Shown: one piece after another, positions 41,040 through 49,904 of the stretch
How positions within the stretch are numbered: the first letter of the stretch is position 1
Layout: every line of letters begins with the position of its first letter
Assembly (NCBI GenBank): GCA_052390235.1
Contig: JBQTHB010000004.1
Coordinates: forward strand, 32,001 to 96,000
DNA length: 64,000 nt
Origin: Deltaproteobacteria bacterium
GTDB lineage: Bacteria > Desulfobacterota_D > UBA1144 > Nemesobacterales > CSP1-2
Reading direction: 5' to 3'
Made by a program: the position numbers and the translations under genes
Notes under the pieces: model-generated
Database searches by the model: none
What the model saw: only the letters and a program-made list of their open reading frames with translations
Told to the model about the DNA's origin: nothing

Positions 41040-44000
41040 TCATGAACCCGAAGGCTCGTCCCCCTCAAGCACGGTCTTAAGGTCGAACCAGTGAGTCCCC
41101 ACAAAACGTAGCCGGAATTCACTCTTCTCGAGTCTAACCTGAATCTCGACGGATGAATCTGTGTCGGCCGCGTCTCTGCTGCTGATTCTGCGCCTAAGTG
41201 TCTCATCTCCGGTTTCCCGCGCATGTTTGTACATGGCGGCGCAAAGCGGGCAGAGCGCGAGCCGGTTCTGAGGGTAGTGTTTCGTCAATTCCCTCACGCA
41301 CTGCACTGCCTCGAAGTAGTACTCCTCTCCTCCGTTGACTTTAACTTTAAAGGGCATTTCACCGTGGCAGCATTGGCAGACGAGTTCTTCATCGGAGTTT
41401 GTATATTTAGCGCGGAGATATGTTTTGGCTTCAGCGATCACGGTGTCTGTCCCAGGAATGATACTCCGTTCGCACTTAACGCTCTGTCTGTCGGGCGCGT
41501 CTTCACTTTCCTCCAGCACAGCCTTGCGGCGGCGTTCGGGGTCCTTGACAGACTCCTCTGGGAGCGAGGCTTTTTGGTGGTTCGCGAGTATTTCATCCGG
41601 CGAAATTCCTGCCTCTCTAACCTGCCTCCATTTATCCAATTCCTCGGCAGAACCAAAGCCATTTTCCTCAGCCCACGCATCTTTGCGGACGTATTCCTCG
41701 CTGCGCTTCTTAGCGCGCTCTGCGAAGCCGATGGCGGTCAAAAGCCCGTTGCGGTCGTCATAGGGGAAATCGGTACGGAGGCTGTCTTTTGTCATGTCCT
41801 GGGCGCCGCAAAATTCCCCCGACTTATTCGGTATCCATTCGGCGCGCCCCTTCAAGTGGCACACGAGTTGGGAGTCTGCCTCGCGGATTGAGTATTTGCT
41901 ATTCAGACGATAACGGGCTTTTGCGTGTCTCGTCTCGGCTTTGATTAGGGCATTCCAAACAAGACGACTAGCTGTAACCGACTCTGCCATTAAGTATTGC
42001 TCAAGGTTCGGTATTGTGTAATCCTCATCAGTACAGTGTTTCGGCATCATGCCTCCCTGATTTAACGAGGGCCAGGTTGGATTCTTATGGAATGACGCTT
42101 TCTCTACCTTTAATTCGCACATCACCCCTAGCGCCTTGAGAAAAGCAATAAAATCATTCATCTGAGGCTGAGAAAGTTTTTCCTTGTAGCGGCTCCAAAC
42201 GGGTAATTTACCGTGAATCGGAGTTAATTCTGCAAGTCCGGTTGCCTCGAGAGGTTCATCCAAGCACACATCTTTCGGCATTTGCCACGAGGGTTTATCA
42301 TCGCGTATAAATGAGTAGGATTTAAATAGCTCCGCGTCCGCCGGATTTTTCCTCCAGTAGGCTGTGAATTTGCCTAAGTCGTCGAAGTGGCTATCTTTCA
42401 CCTCTTTAGTCAGGTTGCCCTTGTAATTTTTCCTCAATATTTGCCGAATAGCCTCCCTCTCATTGTAGGGTTTTACCCCCAGCCGCACCAAAAAAGCCTT
42501 AGCGTTTTTCTCTCGTTCGCCTCCCTGCCCCGCGCTATAGACCTCGGGTTTCACAAAGCGCACATTCGCGGGCTTGGTTCTCTCCGACGCCGCATCTGCA
42601 TCGGCGGGGAAGAACGCTTTATGCGCCGCCACCTGCTCGTCCTGACCGTCATCCGCCGCTACCCGAACGATTGGGTACTCTGGCATATTCACCTTTTCTT
42701 TATGCTCATAAGAATCCTCTAGCAGGGCATAGAAACGCATGAGCCAAGAATCATCTTTCCCCACAATCCACTTTTCGATTCGCCTTCTATGCTTGGCGTT
42801 CTCATTTTTCTTCTCCTTCTCGTAGTTGTAAAAGCTGGGTGATGGGTGAGGCTTACTCACGGCTTGGGCAAGCTCGGCAAAGCTCCATTCTCTAATTTCC
42901 AGGCTATCGAGGAATTTATCCTCCCGCTGACTCTTCTGCGGCGCGTTGGCAACCCAAAGCGGCGGGGCAGATTTAGTGAAAAACGATAAATCTACATCGT
43001 CTATGACATTTGCAATCGCAACCGCGCCCCTGTAAAGACCTTTAGCCGGGGCATATCCCCCGCTTTTTGTCGGGGTGAGTGCTTGTTCTTTAAACGCATT
43101 AGCTATCCTCTTGTGAATCCCCTCGTAAAAATCGGCGAGGGGGTCGTCTCTATTTGGCATGACGGCTAGAAAGCTCATAGTGAGCATTCCCACATCACGA
43201 ATATACGAGAGCGATTCCACGATAAGCTCCGCGATGCCGTCTCTGAGTTTTTTGTTAGGCTCGCAGTCCCGCACGCTGTCCCGCGCTACGGTCGAGGCGA
43301 AGGGGGCGTGAATGTGAAATCTCAGGTTTGAAGTTTCTTTCTCCGCCGGAAAGTAGATGGACACCTGTCCGGGGCTAAGAGGGGTGATTCTCCAGCGCGA
43401 TTTGCTCTTTTTATCGTCGTTTTGCGCGAGGCTGTAGGCGATGGCAACGCGGCAGGGTTTTCCCGCTCCGTCTTCGTCCACGACATCAATGTTTTTTTGG
43501 AAGCGTAGCCAATCCGAGTGTCTATTACCGCTCTGGATATTAATATGCCCGGCTTCGCGCTCAACCCTCTTCTGGTAGCCTCGGGCGCCTCCGGGAAGCG
43601 AGTATTTAATTTCCTCAATATTGCTCAAAAAAAGAAGCGTATTCTCGCCAAGGGAGGTAAGCGCGCTCTCTATTTCCCTGACTGCTTGCTCCTTTTTCAT
43701 CGTGGGATGATTAAAAGGGAATACGAATTTTGTCATCCGCGCGCTCATAGAAGCGCTTGATTCAATCTCCTGCGGCACAACTAAATCTCGGATACGGAAA
43801 TGAAACTCCCCTGAATGGATTTCGGGAGTGTCCGTATAGGCGAATACTGCTTTAAATCCAACCCCAAACTTGCCGATATTGGTATTATCATCTCGCTTGG
43901 CGCTTCCCCCTATGCTGGTAATAGACTCAACGTCTGCGAGAGTAAAAAGGCGGCTTCCGTTATGCTCAAATTCGATTCTATCCTCAAGCAGAGAGAACAT

Positions 44001-44174
44001 CACCCATGTTGCCTGCGCGTCCTCGGCGTTTTGCAGAAGCTCGTAAATAAAATGAGCGTTGTCCGGGTAGAGGTCTGTTAAAAGATTCTTAATACCGTCT
44101 TCAAACTTATTCTTTCTATTGATTCTAACCCAATCCTCCCGTATTTCAGTCAGCACTTGAAATTCCGGTGTCAT
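41040..44174 (-). CDS. Sacsin/NOV-type GHKL ATPase-domain protein with C-terminal Zn-finger/HNH-like domain
   Basis: ELLQNAEDA, HNG, IGKFGVGFKAVF, LLFL.NI and FHIHAPF motifs; C-terminal CQCC...YFEAVQ...NRLALCPLC. Confidence 0.85.
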   Translation of the reverse strand: MTPEFQVLTEIREDWVRINRKNKFEDGIKNLLTDLYPDNAHFIYELLQNAEDAQATWVMFSLLEDRIEFEHNGSRLFTLADVESITSIGGSAKRDDNTNIGKFGVGFKAVFAYTDTPEIHSGEFHFRIRDLVVPQEIESSASMSARMTKFVFPFNHPTMKKEQAVREIESALTSLGENTLLFLSNIEEIKYSLPGGARGYQKRVEREAGHINIQSGNRHSDWLRFQKNIDVVDEDGAGKPCRVAIAYSLAQNDDKKSKSRWRITPLSPGQVSIYFPAEKETSNLRFHIHAPFASTVARDSVRDCEPNKKLRDGIAELIVESLSYIRDVGMLTMSFLAVMPNRDDPLADFYEGIHKRIANAFKEQALTPTKSGGYAPAKGLYRGAVAIANVIDDVDLSFFTKSAPPLWVANAPQKSQREDKFLDSLEIREWSFAELAQAVSKPHPSPSFYNYEKEKKNENAKHRRRIEKWIVGKDDSWLMRFYALLEDSYEHKEKVNMPEYPIVRVAADDGQDEQVAAHKAFFPADADAASERTKPANVRFVKPEVYSAGQGGEREKNAKAFLVRLGVKPYNEREAIRQILRKNYKGNLTKEVKDSHFDDLGKFTAYWRKNPADAELFKSYSFIRDDKPSWQMPKDVCLDEPLEATGLAELTPIHGKLPVWSRYKEKLSQPQMNDFIAFLKALGVMCELKVEKASFHKNPTWPSLNQGGMMPKHCTDEDYTIPNLEQYLMAESVTASRLVWNALIKAETRHAKARYRLNSKYSIREADSQLVCHLKGRAEWIPNKSGEFCGAQDMTKDSLRTDFPYDDRNGLLTAIGFAERAKKRSEEYVRKDAWAEENGFGSAEELDKWRQVREAGISPDEILANHQKASLPEESVKDPERRRKAVLEESEDAPDRQSVKCERSIIPGTDTVIAEAKTYLRAKYTNSDEELVCQCCHGEMPFKVKVNGGEEYYFEAVQCVRELTKHYPQNRLALCPLCAAMYKHARETGDETLRRRISSRDAADTDSSVEIQVRLEKSEFRLRFVGTHWFDLKTVLEGDEPSGS

Positions 44175-47100
44175 TTTCCCTCTCCTGAGTGTATTTCGAT
44201 GATTCCATAAGCAATGGTATCGGCTAATATATCCGCTCTTTCCGAGTATGCGTTTAAGCTCTCTATGCGGCGGTTGTAGTCGGCATTAGCGTTGTCTATT
44301 TGAGACTGCCGCATTCTTTTAATCTTCTCGTTATCCGCGCCACTGAGCCGTTCATCGAGAAGGGCAATGCGCGCCCGATGGCTGATAGCGAGGCTCTCTT
44401 TTTGATACTTCGCCAACTCGCGGTTGTGATTCCGGTGTTTGTCTCGCGCTTCAGACCAGAGCCTCTGATGCTCGGACTCCAAATAATTGACAATGCGCAT
44501 GGAATCCTCGGATGCCCTACTGCTCTCGGCGTCGGTTGCATTTTCTAACAGGCGGGTGAGATGCTCGGTGATGGCGGGCGATGAGGCTACGGGGCGCAAA
44601 ATCACGTCCTCGCGAATTCCCTTCATACGCCACAGATATACGGCAAATTCGTATCTCCCCGCAGGAACGCCGCTCGATACCGCTTTGAGCGTGGTGAAGT
44701 ATTTCCTATTTGAGTGGAATCCTGCGGCGGCTTGCTTTACCAAGGGGTGAAGAGCGGTTATGAATGCGGCTTTGGGATTTTCGACGGCGCATTTGGATTC
44801 AAAGGTAATGGGGAGATGAGCGACGCTTCCCCTAAGCCACTTTTCCCATTCCCGAAAAGCGCTGTTATTTCCCTTTGAAAGGAGGTTAAAGTCGCTTAAA
44901 AGGGCGTTCTTTGCCTCTTGCGATAATCGGAGGGTTTTCAGCGGATTTTCGCCGAGAATAAATCCCTGCTCAGCGCCGCATGACTTCTGCAGATATAGCG
45001 TAGCGAGCCTCTGGAGTGAATTCGCAGACACCCAAAAGCTCGATGCGTCTTCGACCTCTCTTTTCATGCGGTCTTCGGGCAGTCGGATGCCGAATAGCTC
45101 CATCTGCCGCCGCTCGAGTTGCTCCTGCTCGTTTCTGAGTCTGATTTTGTTATCCGCCAGTTGCTCGAATTTTTCCTGTCGTTCTTCCGGGCTCAGCGCA
45201 AAATTCTCTGCAATATTGCGGATTTCTCTTGTAATTTCCCCTAAAATCTCCTCGCTTCCCCCCAATGCCCTGTTAAACACACCTATGCGCAGAAGGCATC
45301 TTTCGTAAATGTCTGCGTCAACCGTGCCGGGGGTGATTAGGTTAATAATGGCAATGCTCTGGCTCTTTTGCCCATTTCTGTCTATTCTCCCGATTCTCTG
45401 CTCGATACGCATAGGATTCCAAGGCAGGTCATAGTTCACAATGCAGTCGCAAAACTGGTAATCCAAACCCTCGCACCCAATTTCCGAGAACAGTAGGACA
45501 TCTAGGCTGTCGCGCTCCTCTCTGGCGTTCGCAAAACGCTCTCTGATGGCGACGCGCTCTTCATCGGGCGTTCCACCGTGTATCATGCCGACGCGAAATC
45601 CGTCCGACATAAGATTCCTGTAGATATAGCCCAGAGTATGTCGAAAACAGCTAAAGAGCATAATCTTATTGTTAGCTAGCCTCTGCTTTTCTCTAATAAA
45701 CTTTCGCACGGCATCGAGTTTAGCGTCATCAGAGCCTAGAGATTTTGACATTTCCAGAATCATCTCAATTTGACGTCGTATGGAGTCAATAGCACCGCTT
45801 GAGGGGGCGGGGTCTGCGCCGCCTGCTTCCTCCCATTCGAGTTCATCAATGCGGCGTGTCAGGATTCCTTCGAGGAAAGGGGCAAGTCCGTGGAGACAGC
45901 TCGCCGCTTGGCGTCTTATTGTGGTCATCATAAAATTGATGTTTACATCCTCGCGGAGGCGGCTCAGTATCTCGGCCTGTGTTCTGAGAATCATATCGTG
46001 TATATTCCGATGCAAATGAGTTAATGGAACTTCAATCGTCTCAGGCCTTCGCACGGTAAAATCCCCAATATCCTTACGCCGGGTTCTGCTCATAAGCGTG
46101 TTCAGCGTGTGCATGGATTCCAAGTCGTCTATTATCTGCACACGCTCTTCATTTGATATATTCCCTTGAGAAAGTCTGTGTCGTATCCGAATGAGGCTCG
46201 GATGACGGCTCAAAAAAGCTCTGCCCCAATACGTGCTTTCTGCCTCTTTGAGCATCTCGTCTGTTTCGCAGAACCACTGCGGTTTTTGCCCCCGCGCCGC
46301 CGCTACGGCTCTATTAATAAACTCGTTCGGCTCGGTTATTTTCGAGAAACTCTCCGAATCAATTATTAAATCGGGACGCAGTACATTGAGCAAAACAAAA
46401 AGGTCATTTCTCCCTAGCTGAATCGGCGTAGCTGTTAAAAAAATAGCGGCTTCGGCATAGTCGCAGAAAAACCTGACCCCCTCGTGGCTATAAGTGTTCT
46501 GGTTGCGTATGTGGTGCGCTTCGTCAACTATGACTAGGTCAAATCGCGGGGGCGGGTCAGTGTACAATAGTCCCCCTTTTCCACGTTTGCGCTTTTTATC
46601 TGGTTCCGGGCCATGAAGAAGCCTCTCATCTAGCAGAGAGTAGGGGAGAATCACTTTTGAATACTGCTCTGGCCAAGCGCCGTCCTTATTCAATTCGCTT
46701 ATGCAGTATCTCAGTGTTTCGCCGTCGAGATGAGTAAATTGTTCATCGAAGCGTTTCATCTCGTTCATCCACTTGCTCTCGGTTATCAACGGGCGCGGGC
46801 ATATAATTAAAACGGAGCGGATTTCCCCTCTTGCCTGCAATTCCCGTAGAATCAGCCCAGCTTCGATGGTTTTCCCCACTCCCACGTCATCGGCGATGAG
46901 CAGGCGCGGGCGGTCTGCTGTGATGAATTTCAGCGCCGGTCTGAATTGATAGGGAATAAAATCAATGCGGGCAGAGTTGAGCGAAAATAGGGTTGATAGG
47001 CCGGGATATTTAATCTGAAGCGCGGATAGATAGGCGTGAAATTGCTCGCGCGGCAGAGACTCAATTCCCTCGGCTTGTTCCATAATTAATTGAGATGCGT

Positions 47101-47251
47101 AGTATGTGTGTATTTCCCGGTTTATAAAAACCTCGATGCGATTCTCAGGCTCGCTCGGTATGATTTTTAGCACGGCGCCGCGGCTTTGCGGCTCTGATTT
47201 TATCTGAACCATTTGACCCGGTTTGAACTCCGCGCTGTCTCTGCTGGAAAT
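44171..47251 (-). CDS. SNF2/RapA-like SF2 helicase; probable ATT start at 47251 (first ATG at 47212)
   Basis: PYQ, LIADDVGVGKT, DEAHH, LTATP, EGLD.Q, NYDLPWNP and EQRIGRIDR motifs; ATGA overlap with the downstream gene. Confidence 0.92.
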   Translation of the reverse strand: MSSRDSAEFKPGQMVQIKSEPQSRGAVLKIIPSEPENRIEVFINREIHTYYASQLIMEQAEGIESLPREQFHAYLSALQIKYPGLSTLFSLNSARIDFIPYQFRPALKFITADRPRLLIADDVGVGKTIEAGLILRELQARGEIRSVLIICPRPLITESKWMNEMKRFDEQFTHLDGETLRYCISELNKDGAWPEQYSKVILPYSLLDERLLHGPEPDKKRKRGKGGLLYTDPPPRFDLVIVDEAHHIRNQNTYSHEGVRFFCDYAEAAIFLTATPIQLGRNDLFVLLNVLRPDLIIDSESFSKITEPNEFINRAVAAARGQKPQWFCETDEMLKEAESTYWGRAFLSRHPSLIRIRHRLSQGNISNEERVQIIDDLESMHTLNTLMSRTRRKDIGDFTVRRPETIEVPLTHLHRNIHDMILRTQAEILSRLREDVNINFMMTTIRRQAASCLHGLAPFLEGILTRRIDELEWEEAGGADPAPSSGAIDSIRRQIEMILEMSKSLGSDDAKLDAVRKFIREKQRLANNKIMLFSCFRHTLGYIYRNLMSDGFRVGMIHGGTPDEERVAIRERFANAREERDSLDVLLFSEIGCEGLDYQFCDCIVNYDLPWNPMRIEQRIGRIDRNGQKSQSIAIINLITPGTVDADIYERCLLRIGVFNRALGGSEEILGEITREIRNIAENFALSPEERQEKFEQLADNKIRLRNEQEQLERRQMELFGIRLPEDRMKREVEDASSFWVSANSLQRLATLYLQKSCGAEQGFILGENPLKTLRLSQEAKNALLSDFNLLSKGNNSAFREWEKWLRGSVAHLPITFESKCAVENPKAAFITALHPLVKQAAAGFHSNRKYFTTLKAVSSGVPAGRYEFAVYLWRMKGIREDVILRPVASSPAITEHLTRLLENATDAESSRASEDSMRIVNYLESEHQRLWSEARDKHRNHNRELAKYQKESLAISHRARIALLDERLSGADNEKIKRMRQSQIDNANADYNRRIESLNAYSERADILADTIAYGIIEIHSGEGK

Positions 47252-47445
47252 GTTATTTCTCCTCGGCGGCAGAAAATTTTTTATTTCTCGCTCAAAACTA
47301 GCCGCCGTCCCAATTCCTCTTCAATATATCCTAATAAATAATTGCAATAATAATTCATTTTCCCTCTTATCTCAATTTGTAATTCGCCATCCCGCCGCGG
47401 CGCGCTTTTCCTGCCAGTTTTCTCAATGTATAATCCCCTCCTACT

Positions 47446-48729
47446 GTGAGAATCATCAAAATCAATAGCGAGAGTCTGGAGAGAAAACTCAAGGGCGTCA
47501 GAGCCGGCGGCGTAGCCTGGGATTTGGCGCTTGAGAAGGCTGTCGCCGAAATAGTTCAGTCCGTAAGAAAAAACGGAGACGCCGCGCTTTTTAAATTCAC
47601 CAAGAAATTCGATAAAATCCCGCTTTCGCCCAATACGGTTAGGGTTTCCCGCGAGGAGTTTCAAAAAGCCGACGCCGAAACCCCGGATGAGATAAAATCC
47701 GCTCTCTGCCTTGCCGCCGAGAGAATCCGCCTATTTCACGAGCGCAAAATGCCTCAGGAGGGGAGCTTTGCCGACTCCCTTGGCAACGAACTCGGCTGGC
47801 TCATACGCCCTATTGAGCGCGTCGGGATTTACGCCCCCGGAGGTAAGGCGGCTTACCCCTCGACAGTTCTAATGACCGCGATTCCGGCAAGGGTCGCCGG
47901 GGTTCAGCAGGTCGTTCTCGCCACCCCTTGCTTCAGGGGCGAGTTGAACTGCGCTGTGCTGACGGCCGCCTCCATTGCCGGAGTGGACGAGGTCTATAAA
48001 ATCGGAGGCGCTCAGGCTGTGGCGGCGCTCGCCTACGGGACAAAGTCGGTGCCAAGGGTAGATAAAATCGTTGGACCCGGCAACATTTACGTTACGATAG
48101 CAAAGAAGCTCGTCTTCGGCGCGGTGAATATTGACATGATTGCGGGACCTAGCGAGGTACTCATTATTGCCGATGGAAGCTCGCCCGCCTCGTGGATAGC
48201 GGCAGACCTCCTCGCCCAAGCCGAACACGACGAGATGGCGGCGCCGGTTCTGGTAACGACGTCCGAGAGATTCGCCAAGCAGGTCAGGGCGGAAACGCTC
48301 AGGCAGCTGCGCGCGCTGCCGAGAAGAGAAATCGCCGAGGTTGCCGTGAGGAATCAAGGGAGGATTTTTATCGTTGATGGGCTTGCCGCCGCCGTAGAGG
48401 TGGCCAACGCCTTTGCTCCAGAGCATCTAGAACTGTGCGTCGAGAACCCGAAGGCTCTGCTTCCGAATATCCGCCACGCGGGGGCGATTTTTCTCGGCTC
48501 CATGTCCACCGAGGCGTTTGGAGACTACGTTGCAGGGCCTAGCCACGTGCTTCCCACGGGCGGAGCGGCGAGGTTTTCATCCCCTCTTAGCGTCTATGAT
48601 TTTTTGCGGATGCCAAGCGTAATCTCAATATCTGAGGGCGGATTCCGCGAGCTTCGAGACTCGGTAATAGCGCTTGCCTACGAAGAGAAGCTCGAAGCGC
48701 ACGCCCTGTCGGTCAAGGCGAGGGGCTGA
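47446..48729 (+). CDS. hisD: Histidinol dehydrogenase
   Basis: GIYAPGGKA.YPS, GGAQA, GPGNIYV, AGPSE, QAEH and APEHL motifs. Confidence 0.97.
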   Translation: MRIIKINSESLERKLKGVRAGGVAWDLALEKAVAEIVQSVRKNGDAALFKFTKKFDKIPLSPNTVRVSREEFQKADAETPDEIKSALCLAAERIRLFHERKMPQEGSFADSLGNELGWLIRPIERVGIYAPGGKAAYPSTVLMTAIPARVAGVQQVVLATPCFRGELNCAVLTAASIAGVDEVYKIGGAQAVAALAYGTKSVPRVDKIVGPGNIYVTIAKKLVFGAVNIDMIAGPSEVLIIADGSSPASWIAADLLAQAEHDEMAAPVLVTTSERFAKQVRAETLRQLRALPRREIAEVAVRNQGRIFIVDGLAAAVEVANAFAPEHLELCVENPKALLPNIRHAGAIFLGSMSTEAFGDYVAGPSHVLPTGGAARFSSPLSVYDFLRMPSVISISEGGFRELRDSVIALAYEEKLEAHALSVKARG

Positions 48730-48742
48730 GTAAATTACCCTG

Positions 48743-49849
48743 ATGAGAGAGAGAAAAGACCGCTCCCGAAAATCCCTTTCTGCCGAGGAAATAGTTAAAT
48801 CCAGGACTCGCGCCCAGGTGCGAGGTCTTGTGGCTTATTCCGTCCCACACATTGACTGCCCTGTGAAGCTCGACGGCAACGAGAGCCCTTTCGCCCCTCC
48901 CCCTGAACTGTCGGAGAATATCCTCGAGGAGCTGCGCAAAATCCCGGTCAACAGGTATCCAGACCCGGAGGCAACGGCTCTGAGAGCCAATATCGCCCAA
49001 ATGTCAAAATTTCCTCCTGGGGGAATTCTCCTGGGCAACGGCTCGGACGAGCTGATAGAGATGCTCATGCGCGCGTTCTCAGGCAGGACGAGAAGGGTTC
49101 TCTATCCCGCGCCCACTTTTTCCATGTACCGAATCACAGCGGCGACGCTTGGGCTTGATACTGTCCCCGTGGAGCTTGACGAGAAATTCGATATTGAAAT
49201 TGAGGCGACACTCCGCGCGATTCGAGAGAAAAACCCGGATTTGATATTTCTCGCCTCTCCTAACAACCCGACGGGAAACCGTTTCTCAGGGGATAGAATC
49301 ATCGAAATCCTAGAGCGCGCAAGGGGGGTGGTGGTAGTTGACGAGGCGTATTCGGATTTCGCGGTGGCGGCGCATCTGCCGCTGATTGAGAAATATCCGA
49401 ACCTCATCGTGCTGAGGACGCTCTCGAAAATCGGATTTGCGGGGCTTAGGCTTGGGATTCTATTCGCCCATGAGGCGCTCGCGCGCGAGGTAAACAAGGT
49501 TCGGATGCCCTACAACGTGAACTCGCTCACTCAGCGCGCCGCCGAAGTGGTGTTGGCTAACTTTGAATTTGTGGGAGAGAATATTCAGCTCATCATCCGC
49601 GAGCGGGACAGAGTGTCCGAGGCTCTGCGCCAGATGCGCGGCGCTGAGGTTTTCCCTACGGACGCGAATTTCGTTTTAATGAGGGTAGGGGATGCCGACG
49701 ATGTATTCGAGAGACTCGCCCATCGGGGAATTCTCGTCAGGAATTTCCACTCCGCCGGCGGCAGGCTCGCAAACTGCCTAAGGGTAACAATCGGCGCGCC
49801 TCACGAGAACGATGCCCTCCTCGCCGCTATTGGGGATATTCTCGGATAA
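48743..49849 (+). CDS. hisC: Histidinol-phosphate aminotransferase
   Basis: KLDGNE, GNGSDE, SPNNPTG, DEAY and RTLSK PLP lysine. Confidence 0.93.
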   Translation: MRERKDRSRKSLSAEEIVKSRTRAQVRGLVAYSVPHIDCPVKLDGNESPFAPPPELSENILEELRKIPVNRYPDPEATALRANIAQMSKFPPGGILLGNGSDELIEMLMRAFSGRTRRVLYPAPTFSMYRITAATLGLDTVPVELDEKFDIEIEATLRAIREKNPDLIFLASPNNPTGNRFSGDRIIEILERARGVVVVDEAYSDFAVAAHLPLIEKYPNLIVLRTLSKIGFAGLRLGILFAHEALAREVNKVRMPYNVNSLTQRAAEVVLANFEFVGENIQLIIRERDRVSEALRQMRGAEVFPTDANFVLMRVGDADDVFERLAHRGILVRNFHSAGGRLANCLRVTIGAPHENDALLAAIGDILG

Positions 49850-49904
49850 TTCAGGATTTGGCTATGCTCCTGTGCCGATTCAGTCCCGCCATCTCATGCG
49901 CGGT

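Noticed and set aside
41018..47269. 9-bp inverted repeat CCGCCGAGG/CCTCGGCGG flanking the helicase module
   Set aside because: It is short and GC-rich, overlaps a promoter spacer and an SD, and has no transposase or target duplication. Plausibly chance.
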